58,022 bases of DNA from a virus (Duplodnaviria > Caudoviricetes): positions 1 through 58,022 of IMG/VR virus record IMGVR_UViG_3300012665_000938; one strand, 5' to 3'. Under the pieces are notes generated by a model. The model was not told the origin of the DNA. It searched no databases and worked only from the letters and a program-made list of their open reading frames with translations. The position numbers and the translations under genes were made by a program. Shown piece after piece: positions 6,590-15,046 of the stretch (positions within the stretch are counted from its first letter, which is position 1; every line of letters begins with the position of its first letter).

Positions 6590-6901
6590 ATGATGGACGA
6601 TGGATTCCTTAAGTTTGTATCGGAGGCAATGGAGATGCAGTTCTCTGGTGGCAGGTTCGACCTTGACCCCGTCACCACAATAGAACTGACCGTGTTCGCT
6701 AACAGTGAGACGGGCATAGTAACTATTGACGGATACATCAACACATCTGTGGATGACAGGCACATCCGGTTGCCACTTCCACAGCGGACGTGTAACATCC
6801 ACCCTGCGACACAGTACGCAGAGACCCTGCGGTTTGTCGCTGATGCATACCAGACAGGCTGGTCTGTCAAACGTGGAACGATAAAGGAGTGTCGAACGTG
6901 A
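6590..6901 (+). CDS. Early hypothetical protein
   Basis: Tiles the plus strand; AGGTGA RBS-like sequence. Confidence 0.7.
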   Translation: MMDDGFLKFVSEAMEMQFSGGRFDLDPVTTIELTVFANSETGIVTIDGYINTSVDDRHIRLPLPQRTCNIHPATQYAETLRFVADAYQTGWSVKRGTIKECRT

Positions 6902-7104
6902 ACTACAAAGCAATAAGTGCAGTGCTTGCAGTACTGCTATCCGTAATCTGTGTGGGCTATTACCTGCTATCTGTGGAGGTGCAATCACTCCGCAAGCACG
7001 GTGTAATCGTGGCAGGTACGCTACAGAACTCTAACATCCTGTCTGGTAAGACACCGACAGATGAGGAGTCACGTGCCATCGACTTTCTGCTACAGTACGA
7101 ATAG
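6889..7104 (+). CDS. Small membrane-anchored protein
   Basis: N-terminal hydrophobic AISAVLAVLLSVICVGYYLL; AAGGAG nearby (start uncertain, 6889 or 6898). Confidence 0.65.
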   Translation: MSNVNYKAISAVLAVLLSVICVGYYLLSVEVQSLRKHGVIVAGTLQNSNILSGKTPTDEESRAIDFLLQYE

Positions 7105-7106
7105 AC

Positions 7107-7135
7107 TTGCACTCTACCGTACAGTGTGGTATCAT
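7107..7135 (+). promoter_or_regulatory. Early promoter cassette
   Basis: TTGCAC-17-TATCAT with TGn, followed by ATATATTGGAGGGGTTCAATG. Confidence 0.85.
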
Positions 7136-7155
7136 CTATATATTGGAGGGGTTCA

Positions 7156-7560
7156 ATGAAAGCATCAGACATCAAGCGGTTAGTTCCTAGCATCCAGCGT
7201 AGGGTTCGTCTCGAAGAGAAGGTAGTCAAGGCTATCTACAATGCAGTAGCCGAGAAGGCTCACCGTATCCGTCTTCACGATGGGGAGGAGTGGGCAAACG
7301 ACAACGTCAAGTCGTGGGCTGAACTGAAGAACGATATGCATCAGTGCGATGAGGAGTGGCTCCAGATTGTATTCAAGCCCGGCACATTCACTGACGAAGT
7401 CATGTCCGGCATCAAGCATCGCTGTACGCTGTGGCTAGTCTACGGCAACGATGGGTATGACGTGGTCGCTGACTGTGCATACAACAGCGAGCAGGTCGAA
7501 GCGTTCATCTCACCTATTATGGATGAAGCCGCAGATAAGGCTGAAAGATTAGCCGACTAG
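7156..7560 (+). CDS. Early hypothetical protein
   Basis: GGAGGGG module before ATG 7156; contains LVYGNDGYDVVAD. Confidence 0.8.
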   Translation: MKASDIKRLVPSIQRRVRLEEKVVKAIYNAVAEKAHRIRLHDGEEWANDNVKSWAELKNDMHQCDEEWLQIVFKPGTFTDEVMSGIKHRCTLWLVYGNDGYDVVADCAYNSEQVEAFISPIMDEAADKAERLAD

Positions 7561-7564
7561 TCAC

Positions 7565-7594
7565 TTGACATCACACCGTACAGTGTGGTATCAT
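7565..7594 (+). promoter_or_regulatory. Early promoter cassette
   Basis: TTGACA-18-TATCAT with TGn, followed by the conserved RBS module. Confidence 0.85.
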
Positions 7595-7614
7595 ACATAT
7601 ATTGGAGGGGTTCA

Positions 7615-7932
7615 ATGGTTACAAACAAACACGTCAAAGCATCTGACATCGTCATCACAGTCAAGGACAACGCACTCATCGAGGATGATGCTTGCAGGAT
7701 GTCCATCTGCAATGTGAAGTGCATCCACTACCAGACACTTAAGTGGGAAGAGGCACTCAATATGGTGAAACGGATGGAAGACACTGAGGTTATCCTCTGG
7801 ACATTCATTCACGATGATATGCCAACCACATATCACATTGACTTAGGTTCAATGTTACGAGTCACTGTGTCCATACAGTTTGGCGCAGATATGTTTGATG
7901 TGACAGTAAAGGGAGAAGCAGACAATGCATAG
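7615..7932 (+). CDS. Early hypothetical protein
   Basis: GGAGGGG module before ATG 7615. Confidence 0.8.
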   Translation: MVTNKHVKASDIVITVKDNALIEDDACRMSICNVKCIHYQTLKWEEALNMVKRMEDTEVILWTFIHDDMPTTYHIDLGSMLRVTVSIQFGADMFDVTVKGEADNA

Positions 7933-8197
7933 TGAAGAGATGAAGCAGTTCATGCTGGACTACAGCGAACTCAAGGCAAAGTATCCGATGGTGGCGTTCG
8001 ATGCGTGGACACCGATTGACTACGCATACATCATCGCCGACATCAAGGGTGAGGATGAGCCAACGGAAATCAACTGGAGTGAAGACATCCACGTTCACAT
8101 CGCTGACACGTTGATGCTTCAGTATGACGCTGAGTCTGGTCTCAACAACGACCTAGTCCGAGATACCATCGAAGACATCGTAGGTAGCGAAGAGTAG
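7925..8197 (+). CDS. Strongly acidic small protein
   Basis: About 22 D/E against 5 K/R in 90 aa; GGAG RBS. Confidence 0.8.
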   Translation: MHSEEMKQFMLDYSELKAKYPMVAFDAWTPIDYAYIIADIKGEDEPTEINWSEDIHVHIADTLMLQYDAESGLNNDLVRDTIEDIVGSEE

Positions 8198-8249
8198 GTA
8201 GAACACAGGGCAGGGTAACACCTGCCCACCACTTAGGTTAGGAGTAATC

Positions 8250-8501
8250 ATGTTCGTACACACAGATAAAATCGCTCGTCTCCACATCAATGGTATCCCG
8301 GTGAAGAACGCATCCATTGCAGGACTCTTCAAGCAGTGCATCGGATATAAGGTCACACTGCTTCTTACTGAGGATTCAGGTGCTAGTTATGAGTTCCCTA
8401 TCAGTCGCAACAAAGCGAGCGACCTTTTGGCTCGTGGCTATCGCACTGTAGTTGACAGCCACGAAAAGACAATAGTCGTTCACGGTTCCATCACAGATTA
8501 G
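8250..8501 (+). CDS. Early hypothetical protein
   Basis: AGGAG RBS after the GGGCAGG/CCTGCCC hairpin. Confidence 0.75.
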   Translation: MFVHTDKIARLHINGIPVKNASIAGLFKQCIGYKVTLLLTEDSGASYEFPISRNKASDLLARGYRTVVDSHEKTIVVHGSITD

Positions 8502-8512
8502 AGAGGTCTATC

Positions 8513-8791
8513 ATGAGATACGAATACATCATCGAACAAAGTAGAAACAACGTAGAGTGGACGCAGATGCTGGGCTTGTTCACCACACTGAGCGGTGCAA
8601 AGTGTATGTCTAGCATGAGACTACACATCGCTCCGGGAGTTACAGTGAGGGTCAGCCGAAGACTGAAGCATACCTACAACTGGACTACGCTGTTCTACGC
8701 AAGTAAGCGTGACGAATACATCACCCGCAACTGGGTGCTGACAGGACGGCAGGAAACACGCAACGCACAAGGCAAGATTGTTCGCAACTAA
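8513..8791 (+). CDS. Early hypothetical protein
   Basis: GAGG RBS. Confidence 0.75.
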   Translation: MRYEYIIEQSRNNVEWTQMLGLFTTLSGAKCMSSMRLHIAPGVTVRVSRRLKHTYNWTTLFYASKRDEYITRNWVLTGRQETRNAQGKIVRN

Positions 8792-8812
8792 CACATATAT
8801 TGGAGGGGTTCA

Positions 8813-9157
8813 ATGAACGAAACACTAACGACAGAAGTCATCAACGTCACCGCTAAGATTGCGGATGCTCTTAATCAGTATCGCCGATATCACACAAGGA
8901 TTTACATCGAGAAGACATCCGCAGGTTCAACGTCACAACATCTGGTAGCAGACCCAGACATGAGCCTCTTTGATGTAAGGACAATGATTATGTTATGCCC
9001 AGACAACATCAGGTACGTCAAGTGCCGACATACTGATTGTTTTTGGAATGACAGAATGTACATCGAGTTGAATCCGGGGACTACCCTTATGGTAACTATC
9101 CCTGAAGGGTACGAGATACATCCTGAGAACTACAAGAAAGTAGGAGACGCATCATGA
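8813..9157 (+). CDS. Early hypothetical protein
   Basis: ATATATTGGAGGGGTTCAATG module. Confidence 0.8.
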   Translation: MNETLTTEVINVTAKIADALNQYRRYHTRIYIEKTSAGSTSQHLVADPDMSLFDVRTMIMLCPDNIRYVKCRHTDCFWNDRMYIELNPGTTLMVTIPEGYEIHPENYKKVGDAS

Positions 9158-9537
9158 CACGAACACACGTTAGCCTGAGCGCACAAGCCGACCTATTTGG
9201 TCGGCTATACCGCAAGGCTTGTAAGTATGTAAACAACCACGAAGATATCCGACATCGTCATACTCTCTGCTCCTGCACGATGTCTGGCATCCCAACGTCA
9301 CAGCGTATAGCAAACCTGATTGTCTGGTTTGAGCAACGTAATCTGCACCACTTGATGGCTACGGTTTACCGCTCGTGGTGGCACGATGACAACAAGATAA
9401 TCTCAGGCTACCCACACATCGTTGGATACACCGTCAGCATAGACTCTGAAGGTGAAGTGGTAGGTGGAACTGTAACGATACAAGAGGGACACATCAATGA
9501 TGTACCTACTAACAAACTGACGGAGATTACATTATGA
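9154..9537 (+). CDS. Early hypothetical protein
   Basis: ATGA overlap; AGGAG RBS. Confidence 0.75.
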   Translation: MTRTHVSLSAQADLFGRLYRKACKYVNNHEDIRHRHTLCSCTMSGIPTSQRIANLIVWFEQRNLHHLMATVYRSWWHDDNKIISGYPHIVGYTVSIDSEGEVVGGTVTIQEGHINDVPTNKLTEITL

Positions 9538-9758
9538 GAACGCTACGATACTTGACTGTTGACAACCTTGACATCGCTAAGAAACTTGACCCTAACTACG
9601 AGTTCATCGAGATGCAAGAAGAGCAGACACTTACATCACCCACTGGTGAGGAGTACCTGCTACCTGAGCGATACCTTATTGCAGTGAAGACATCCATCCC
9701 ACGCCGTACATTATGCACATCTACCGGCATTCGCCGAGTTCGCACTAGACTTCAATAG
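9534..9758 (+). CDS. Early hypothetical protein
   Basis: ATGA overlap; GGAG RBS. Confidence 0.7.
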   Translation: MRTLRYLTVDNLDIAKKLDPNYEFIEMQEEQTLTSPTGEEYLLPERYLIAVKTSIPRRTLCTSTGIRRVRTRLQ

Positions 9759-9768
9759 GAGTATTGAT

Positions 9769-10032
9769 ATGACACAACAAGAAGCATACATCGTCGTTGG
9801 TTACACTGAAGAGACCAATAAGTGGATTAAGCCAATCACACTTGTTTGCAAAGTCTACAATCACAATGAAGACCCATTGGTTGTTGATAAAGATAATGCG
9901 TGGTGGGTCACCATATTCTTTGAGGAGCAACGTGATAATACCCGTGTCTTCTATGATTGTATGGAAGCACGATGCTATCTGAAAGGTATTGAGATGGGCA
10001 TAAAGCACATCGAGTACATGAAAGGTAAGTAG
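9769..10032 (+). CDS. Early hypothetical protein
   Basis: TAGGAGTATTGATATGAC start module identical to 1181-1198. Confidence 0.75.
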   Translation: MTQQEAYIVVGYTEETNKWIKPITLVCKVYNHNEDPLVVDKDNAWWVTIFFEEQRDNTRVFYDCMEARCYLKGIEMGIKHIEYMKGK

Positions 10033-10046
10033 ATATCTATCGTCAC

Positions 10047-10075
10047 TTGACAGATACCGGATTGTCTGGTATCAT
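10047..10075 (+). promoter_or_regulatory. Early promoter cassette with palindrome
   Basis: TTGACA-17-TATCAT; GATACCGGA-TTG-TCTGGTATC inverted repeat. Confidence 0.85.
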
Positions 10076-10095
10076 ACATATATTGGAGGGGTTCA

Positions 10096-10602
10096 ATGAA
10101 CGCAATCGAGTTTTCAAAGAGTTTGTTCTGCGCTATGGATAAGTCCGCTACTGGTGAGATTGGTTACGCCAACCACAGTGACATCAGTGTTCTCTCTGCT
10201 CCATCAACTGATGGTGAGACACTGCTCACGACGATTGGACATCCAGTTGCTGGTGGAAGCGTTCAGGTATCTGTACGTAGCAAGCCACACAACAACTTCA
10301 CAGAGAACCTTGTATCTCTGGTCATCCACACTCATGCTAAGTATGCCGAGTACCTCAACGCATACTACGCCACGGGACATCACGACAAGGTCTACTTCCG
10401 GTCTACCCTTGACCAACAGTTGATTGACCTTGAGTTGAGCAACAACAATGGCAACCCAGTTGATGAGGATGCAATCCTTGATGAGTTGTGTGGTGATGAC
10501 TGCACTGAAGAAGAGCGCAACGAACTGCGTGATAGTTTGAATGAGGTTGCTCGATGTATCGAGGAACTGAAAGAGATAGAGGATACGGAAGATGAAGGTT
10601 AA
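10096..10602 (+). CDS. Hypothetical protein with acidic C-terminus
   Basis: GGAGGGG module; D/E-rich last ~50 aa. Confidence 0.8.
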   Translation: MNAIEFSKSLFCAMDKSATGEIGYANHSDISVLSAPSTDGETLLTTIGHPVAGGSVQVSVRSKPHNNFTENLVSLVIHTHAKYAEYLNAYYATGHHDKVYFRSTLDQQLIDLELSNNNGNPVDEDAILDELCGDDCTEEERNELRDSLNEVARCIEELKEIEDTEDEG

Positions 10603-10864
10603 AGTTACCAACTATCGGTACTTCATGCGAACGGAAGGGCTTCTCGAAGAAGCCTTCACCGTTACACAGAGTCGTGGTACACGCCACCTGCCTAAGTACG
10701 ATATCAGCAAGTGGCTGAATGGTCTGGGTGTTGAACACGACACTATCATTGATGGGGACGCACCACTTGAATACAAGTGTAACATCGGAGCCGGTGAGGA
10801 TGAAGAGAATGGTACGAAAGCCCTCTTTACCTGCGCCTTTGAAGACAAGGAGATTGAACTGTAA
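10592..10864 (+). CDS. Hypothetical protein
   Basis: Overlaps both neighbours in operon fashion. Confidence 0.7.
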   Translation: MKVKVTNYRYFMRTEGLLEEAFTVTQSRGTRHLPKYDISKWLNGLGVEHDTIIDGDAPLEYKCNIGAGEDEENGTKALFTCAFEDKEIEL

Positions 10865-11118
10865 TGCATCCATACGAACTGGGAATCAACACTAAGGTTG
10901 CTGTTGTATTGCACAAGACGTACGCACTGCCTGATGTCAAGAAGCCTACGAAGAAGCAGTACGCTGACTACTTGAAGTTGGCTAACGACTACAAGCACAA
11001 CATCCTGCATGAGAACGTGAACTACGAACTAAACAAGGATGGCATCTACTATGCTCTCTACATCCAGCGTGAAGATGAGGTAGATGGCATCTACTTTACA
11101 GTAAGGAAGAAGCATTGA
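10864..11118 (+). CDS. Hypothetical protein
   Basis: TAATG coupling; AAGGAG RBS. Confidence 0.75.
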   Translation: MHPYELGINTKVAVVLHKTYALPDVKKPTKKQYADYLKLANDYKHNILHENVNYELNKDGIYYALYIQREDEVDGIYFTVRKKH

Positions 11119-11273
11119 AGAGGCTAGGCTCCTTCCTGCTGTACGCCTCTATACTGATGTTCCTTCTAGTTGATGCTCCGTCTATCTTCTTCTTGAAGGT
11201 ACTCACTGCATCTGCTGGCATCATACTGATGTCGATGGGGTACATGAGAGATGAACAGTCCGAAAGTAACTAG
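11115..11273 (+). CDS. 52-aa two-TM membrane protein (not in the ORF track)
   Basis: TTG start overlapping the upstream TGA; AAGGA RBS; LGSFLLYASILMFLL and IFFLKVLTASAGIILMSMGY. Confidence 0.6.
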   Translation: MKRLGSFLLYASILMFLLVDAPSIFFLKVLTASAGIILMSMGYMRDEQSESN

Positions 11274-11784
11274 GCACGGTGTACTCCTGTGGCAAGTCCG
11301 CAGGGGTGCATTCGTTCATTACTACCATAGTTGTGGGGAGGCAATGCTTATCGCTCGCTCAATGCGAGACGAGTTAATGGAAGGCAAGCGCACTGGTGTA
11401 GTCAAGGTATTGAAGTGCAACTTCACGCTACCAAACAAGCACCACTGGAGGACGTGTGATGTCATTGACCTACTCAACGGCAAGTATGGATGGAGTCTGA
11501 TAGCAGAGTTCTCCATACAGGCTGGGCTTATGAAGCGATACGTTGACAAATCGAAGGGTCATGTAGGTGTCTCTGTAACCGAGTTCGGAGCCAGCATATC
11601 TATGCATAGCCCTGAGTACGAGGAAGCAGTCAAGTATGTAATGGAGGATGACATCCTGCGTGAACTACTTGTACGTGCGCCGACTATGAATGCATTCGTT
11701 GTAGCCATCAACAAGATAGATGCAATGAAGCCACCACTGAATAGAAAGCGTTGCCGGTTCATATGGAACTGGCATCACGTATAA
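11251..11784 (+). CDS. Hypothetical protein
   Basis: 177-aa ORF tiling the plus strand. Confidence 0.75.
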   Translation: MNSPKVTRHGVLLWQVRRGAFVHYYHSCGEAMLIARSMRDELMEGKRTGVVKVLKCNFTLPNKHHWRTCDVIDLLNGKYGWSLIAEFSIQAGLMKRYVDKSKGHVGVSVTEFGASISMHSPEYEEAVKYVMEDDILRELLVRAPTMNAFVVAINKIDAMKPPLNRKRCRFIWNWHHV

Positions 11785-11794
11785 TGTTTCTACT

Positions 11795-12328
11795 ATGCGG
11801 AGAAACACACCAGAGGCAAGTCTGCAACGTCTAGTTGTAGATACGCTTACACTACTCGGCTACCGTGTCTTTGAGACCGGCAAGTCACGCAGTAAAGTAC
11901 GCTGTACCAAATGTGGTGCATCATCGTACGCTACAGGATGGCAGGGCAACACACCCGGCTTACCTGACTTATACGTCCACTCACGAAGCAAGGGCTGGAA
12001 GTCTATGGCACTTGCCATTGAACTAAAGGCTCAGAAGGGTGTTGTCTCCCCTGTACAGCAAGAGATAGCAGATGCTGGTATGTCTACCATCTGCTGGAGC
12101 CTTGAGGATGTCCTCAATGTACTGCTTTCTGTAGAGGAGAAGAACAACAACTGGCTCGCCGTGGATAAGTTAGTGCGCTTTCAAATGGAGGGATTGAAAT
12201 GGAATACAAAGACACAGGATGTGAGTGCTGGGACTACACGCTCAACAAGGGAGGCGATGACATCGTCTACATTGGAAAAGACGGATTCTACGCCAAAGAA
12301 GTTGTCCATAACGAATGGAGATACGTAG
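11795..12328 (+). CDS. VRR-NUC family PD-(D/E)xK nuclease with Zn-knuckle insert
   Basis: E..LQ..V, GLPDL...AIELKA.KG.VS..Q motifs; CxxC. Confidence 0.85.
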   Translation: MRRNTPEASLQRLVVDTLTLLGYRVFETGKSRSKVRCTKCGASSYATGWQGNTPGLPDLYVHSRSKGWKSMALAIELKAQKGVVSPVQQEIADAGMSTICWSLEDVLNVLLSVEEKNNNWLAVDKLVRFQMEGLKWNTKTQDVSAGTTRSTREAMTSSTLEKTDSTPKKLSITNGDT

Positions 12329-12849
12329 ACGTATCCGAAGAGCAAACCGATGAACTGAACGTACCGATTCAAGTAGCACATCTTATGAGTGACTACAGAT
12401 TCTGGAACTGGAATGGTCGTAAGGTTTCGCTCATTGGATGTCTGGGTACGTTATGTGTAACGCCATTCGATGCACCGTCTGGTACGCCGACACCTGACCT
12501 ACGGGGATTCATATATCAGGTTACCAAGTTCGACCCTGAAGGCTCCCGGTCACCATACGCACCACACCCTGAGTGTGGGAATATCCCACTACTGTTCTCT
12601 AAGATTGGCTCTGTAGCGTATATGGTTACAAAGCATATGGGTAAAGAAGAAAGCCAGTCGCTATTCACTAACCCATACCACTGCATAGTGTGTACGCCAC
12701 TCGCTAAGATGCTACTGCTTGAAGAGAACGTGTTCTTAGATGGCAAGCACTTCAACTTGAGGGCTATATCTAAACTCTCACCACACTCTATGCCAGACCC
12801 GGAAGAGTTTCTAATCAACAAACTTTCACTTGACAATACGGTAGAGTAG
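12199..12849 (+). CDS. Hypothetical protein
   Basis: GGAGGG RBS before ATG 12199. Confidence 0.7.
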   Translation: MEYKDTGCECWDYTLNKGGDDIVYIGKDGFYAKEVVHNEWRYVDVSEEQTDELNVPIQVAHLMSDYRFWNWNGRKVSLIGCLGTLCVTPFDAPSGTPTPDLRGFIYQVTKFDPEGSRSPYAPHPECGNIPLLFSKIGSVAYMVTKHMGKEESQSLFTNPYHCIVCTPLAKMLLLEENVFLDGKHFNLRAISKLSPHSMPDPEEFLINKLSLDNTVE

Positions 12850-12858
12850 TCGTATACT
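12830..12858 (+). promoter_or_regulatory. Sigma70-like promoter for the recombination/replication genes
   Basis: TTGACA-17-TATACT. Confidence 0.85.
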
Positions 12859-12880
12859 TATCTACGTAAGGGAGAAAACA

Positions 12881-13615
12881 ATGTTCCAATCAGAATGTTT
12901 GAGTAAGATGGCTCCTGACCTTGTAAAGGCTCAGGCTGGTATCAACGGTGTCGCTAAGGATGGCAACAATCCTATCTTCAGAAGCAAGTACATCACGCTT
13001 GATTCAATCCTTCTCGCTGTTCGTCCTGTACTCAGCCAGTGCAACATCTTCTTGTCGCAGTCAGTGCAAGAGTACACAGAGAGCGAGATTACTGTTCGCT
13101 CCACATTGATTCATGCCAGTGGTGAGTGGATTGCCAATGAAGTATCTGTACCAGTCAACCCTATCATCAACAGGGATGGCAAGGTACAGCCAGTAGATGC
13201 ACACCGTGTTGGTTCGGCTATCACGTATGGTCGAAGGTACAGCCTGTCAGCACTGCTTGCTATCGGTGAAGCGTCTGACTCTGACGATGACGGCAACAAC
13301 GCTAGTGGATACCAGAATGGAGTTCAGGCTCCACAAGTATCACAGAAGCGTCCACAGGCTCCACAACCACAACCGGAGAAGGTTACTTCTAAGCCTAGCC
13401 CACTTGAACTATTCAACGCTCAAGTTGACCGATTGTACGGTAAGGAAACCAGCAAGGCTGACCGCAAGGGAATCCATAATGCGGTTTCTGCTGGAGGTGC
13501 GGAAGTTCCAATCACTGGAGCATCACTTGCACACGTAACCGAGTGCCTCTCTGAGTGTAAGACTCAGGAAGAGGCAGACACTTTCATTGCAGGATGTATG
13601 GAGGCAGATAAGTAA
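12881..13615 (+). CDS. erf: ERF-family single-strand annealing protein
   Basis: KDG.NP.F.SKY..L, LIHASGEW and GSAITYGRRYSL...DDDG signature. Confidence 0.92.
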   Translation: MFQSECLSKMAPDLVKAQAGINGVAKDGNNPIFRSKYITLDSILLAVRPVLSQCNIFLSQSVQEYTESEITVRSTLIHASGEWIANEVSVPVNPIINRDGKVQPVDAHRVGSAITYGRRYSLSALLAIGEASDSDDDGNNASGYQNGVQAPQVSQKRPQAPQPQPEKVTSKPSPLELFNAQVDRLYGKETSKADRKGIHNAVSAGGAEVPITGASLAHVTECLSECKTQEEADTFIAGCMEADK

Positions 13616-14208
13616 TGGCTATCATCCAGATTGGTGAAGACCTATTCGACGAAGAGACAGGTGAGTACGCCGGGGCTGCAAACCCCGGTTGGCTTCCTGC
13701 TGTACTTGAGACTGAAGATGACCTCATCAACTACATGAGGATACTTATGGAGGCTGAGTCATCTGCTCTCGCAGAAGAGATGAAGTACAAGTCTGTGGTC
13801 GCTAACGTACAAAAGATTGTCAAGCGAAAGACATCAAAGGTCAAGTATCTGCGTGATATGTATCAAGGGCAGGTCAAGAAACTTGTCGAGCAGATTCTCC
13901 CACGTGACCGTGATGGCAACTTCCGAACGAAGACCTATCGCAATCCGTGGGGTAAGGTTGCGCTCCGTGAACAGAAGACTAAGTTGGCTATCAGTGATAG
14001 CGGTATGGCACTACGCTTTGCACAGCAAGAATGCCCACAGGCTATCAAGACAACTGAGAGTATTCTAGTGAGTATGATTCCTGACACAGTGAAGGACAAA
14101 CTCTTCAATGATGCATCCGTTGCTGAGGCTTACGGATTCCACGTGATTGAAGGTGACAACTCTGTTGCAATTACAACTATCGAAGAGGGTAAGAATGAAG
14201 CACCGTAA
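13615..14208 (+). CDS. Mu Gam / Gp157-like host-nuclease inhibitor
   Basis: Coiled coil followed by KTY..PWGKVALR; adjacent to ERF. Confidence 0.6.
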   Translation: MAIIQIGEDLFDEETGEYAGAANPGWLPAVLETEDDLINYMRILMEAESSALAEEMKYKSVVANVQKIVKRKTSKVKYLRDMYQGQVKKLVEQILPRDRDGNFRTKTYRNPWGKVALREQKTKLAISDSGMALRFAQQECPQAIKTTESILVSMIPDTVKDKLFNDASVAEAYGFHVIEGDNSVAITTIEEGKNEAP

Positions 14209-14443
14209 CGATTGCATCAACTGCTTGAACACACTACTCATGATACGTGCAACCTTGCACAATACTGCGATTAGTAGTGAAGCATCGACTGGTCAACCGC
14301 AGTACCCACTCAAGAGAATCCTTGATGGGATGGATGAGACTATCGAGTTTCTTGCTAAGGAAGTTTACACTACTGCTACTGAGCGGAAGCCACGAACACT
14401 TAGTGATAAGTTCAATATGTTCGTAGGTCTGAAGAGACTATGA
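14195..14443 (+). CDS. Hypothetical protein
   Basis: GAGGG RBS before ATG 14195; ATGA coupling downstream. Confidence 0.65.
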   Translation: MKHRNDCINCLNTLLMIRATLHNTAISSEASTGQPQYPLKRILDGMDETIEFLAKEVYTTATERKPRTLSDKFNMFVGLKRL

Positions 14444-14988
14444 GCGAAGAGGTAGTACACATCGGCAGTCTGTCCGATGCTGTATCTATCAGTGAGACTG
14501 GTCTTTCGGTAGTTCGTGAACTATCGTTTGACCAGTGGTCTTCACTTATGGGTACGCTCAGTCGGATGGATACAGCCTTCCAGTTTGCCTTAGGTGATGC
14601 CTTGAACTACGGTTCTAGCCGGTACGGTGAACGCTACTCACAAGCAATCGAGATGACTGGGCAATCTTACCAGTCGCTTGCAAACTATGCGTGGGTGGCT
14701 AAGGCAGTGCCTTCTGAACGAAGAGTCGCTGGTCTATCGTGGACGCACCACAGGGTAGTCGCAAGGCTTGAGCCTGAGGAGCAGTCACGCCTATTGAATG
14801 TGGCTAAGGATAACGACTGGACAATCTCTGCACTTACGGAAGAGGTGCGGGGTGAGCCAGTGGTTAAACCTGCCATTGAGTCTGTGATAGTCCCGGAAGG
14901 GATGTCACCTAAAGAAGCAAGTGCTGTTTTGCACAATGCTACGAAACTGTGTCACGACCTTTGTGACTCGTGTCCATTCAAAAAGTAG
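14440..14988 (+). CDS. LmbU-like DNA-binding protein
   Basis: F.LGD.LNYG..RYGERY...LSWTHHR.VA.L motif of LmbU-type phage regulators. Confidence 0.7.
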   Translation: MSEEVVHIGSLSDAVSISETGLSVVRELSFDQWSSLMGTLSRMDTAFQFALGDALNYGSSRYGERYSQAIEMTGQSYQSLANYAWVAKAVPSERRVAGLSWTHHRVVARLEPEEQSRLLNVAKDNDWTISALTEEVRGEPVVKPAIESVIVPEGMSPKEASAVLHNATKLCHDLCDSCPFKK

Positions 14989-15046
14989 TATGGTAGAGTA
15001 CAGTCCCGGCGCAAGTCGGGACTATGTAAGTATGAGGGACAAAACT

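Noticed and set aside
6059-7932. Paralogy among early proteins (WEEA motif; KASDI near two starts)
   Set aside because: The matches are too short to support homology without an alignment.
6038-10098. Recurrent 19-21 nt repeat as a CRISPR array or attC sites
   Set aside because: Spacing is gene-sized and irregular, the repeat contains SD plus ATG, and there is no cas or integron integrase gene.
10710-10718. GTGGCTG sites as targets of the CAGCCAC loops
   Set aside because: A 7-mer occurs several times by chance in 58 kb, and the hits I saw are not at start regions.
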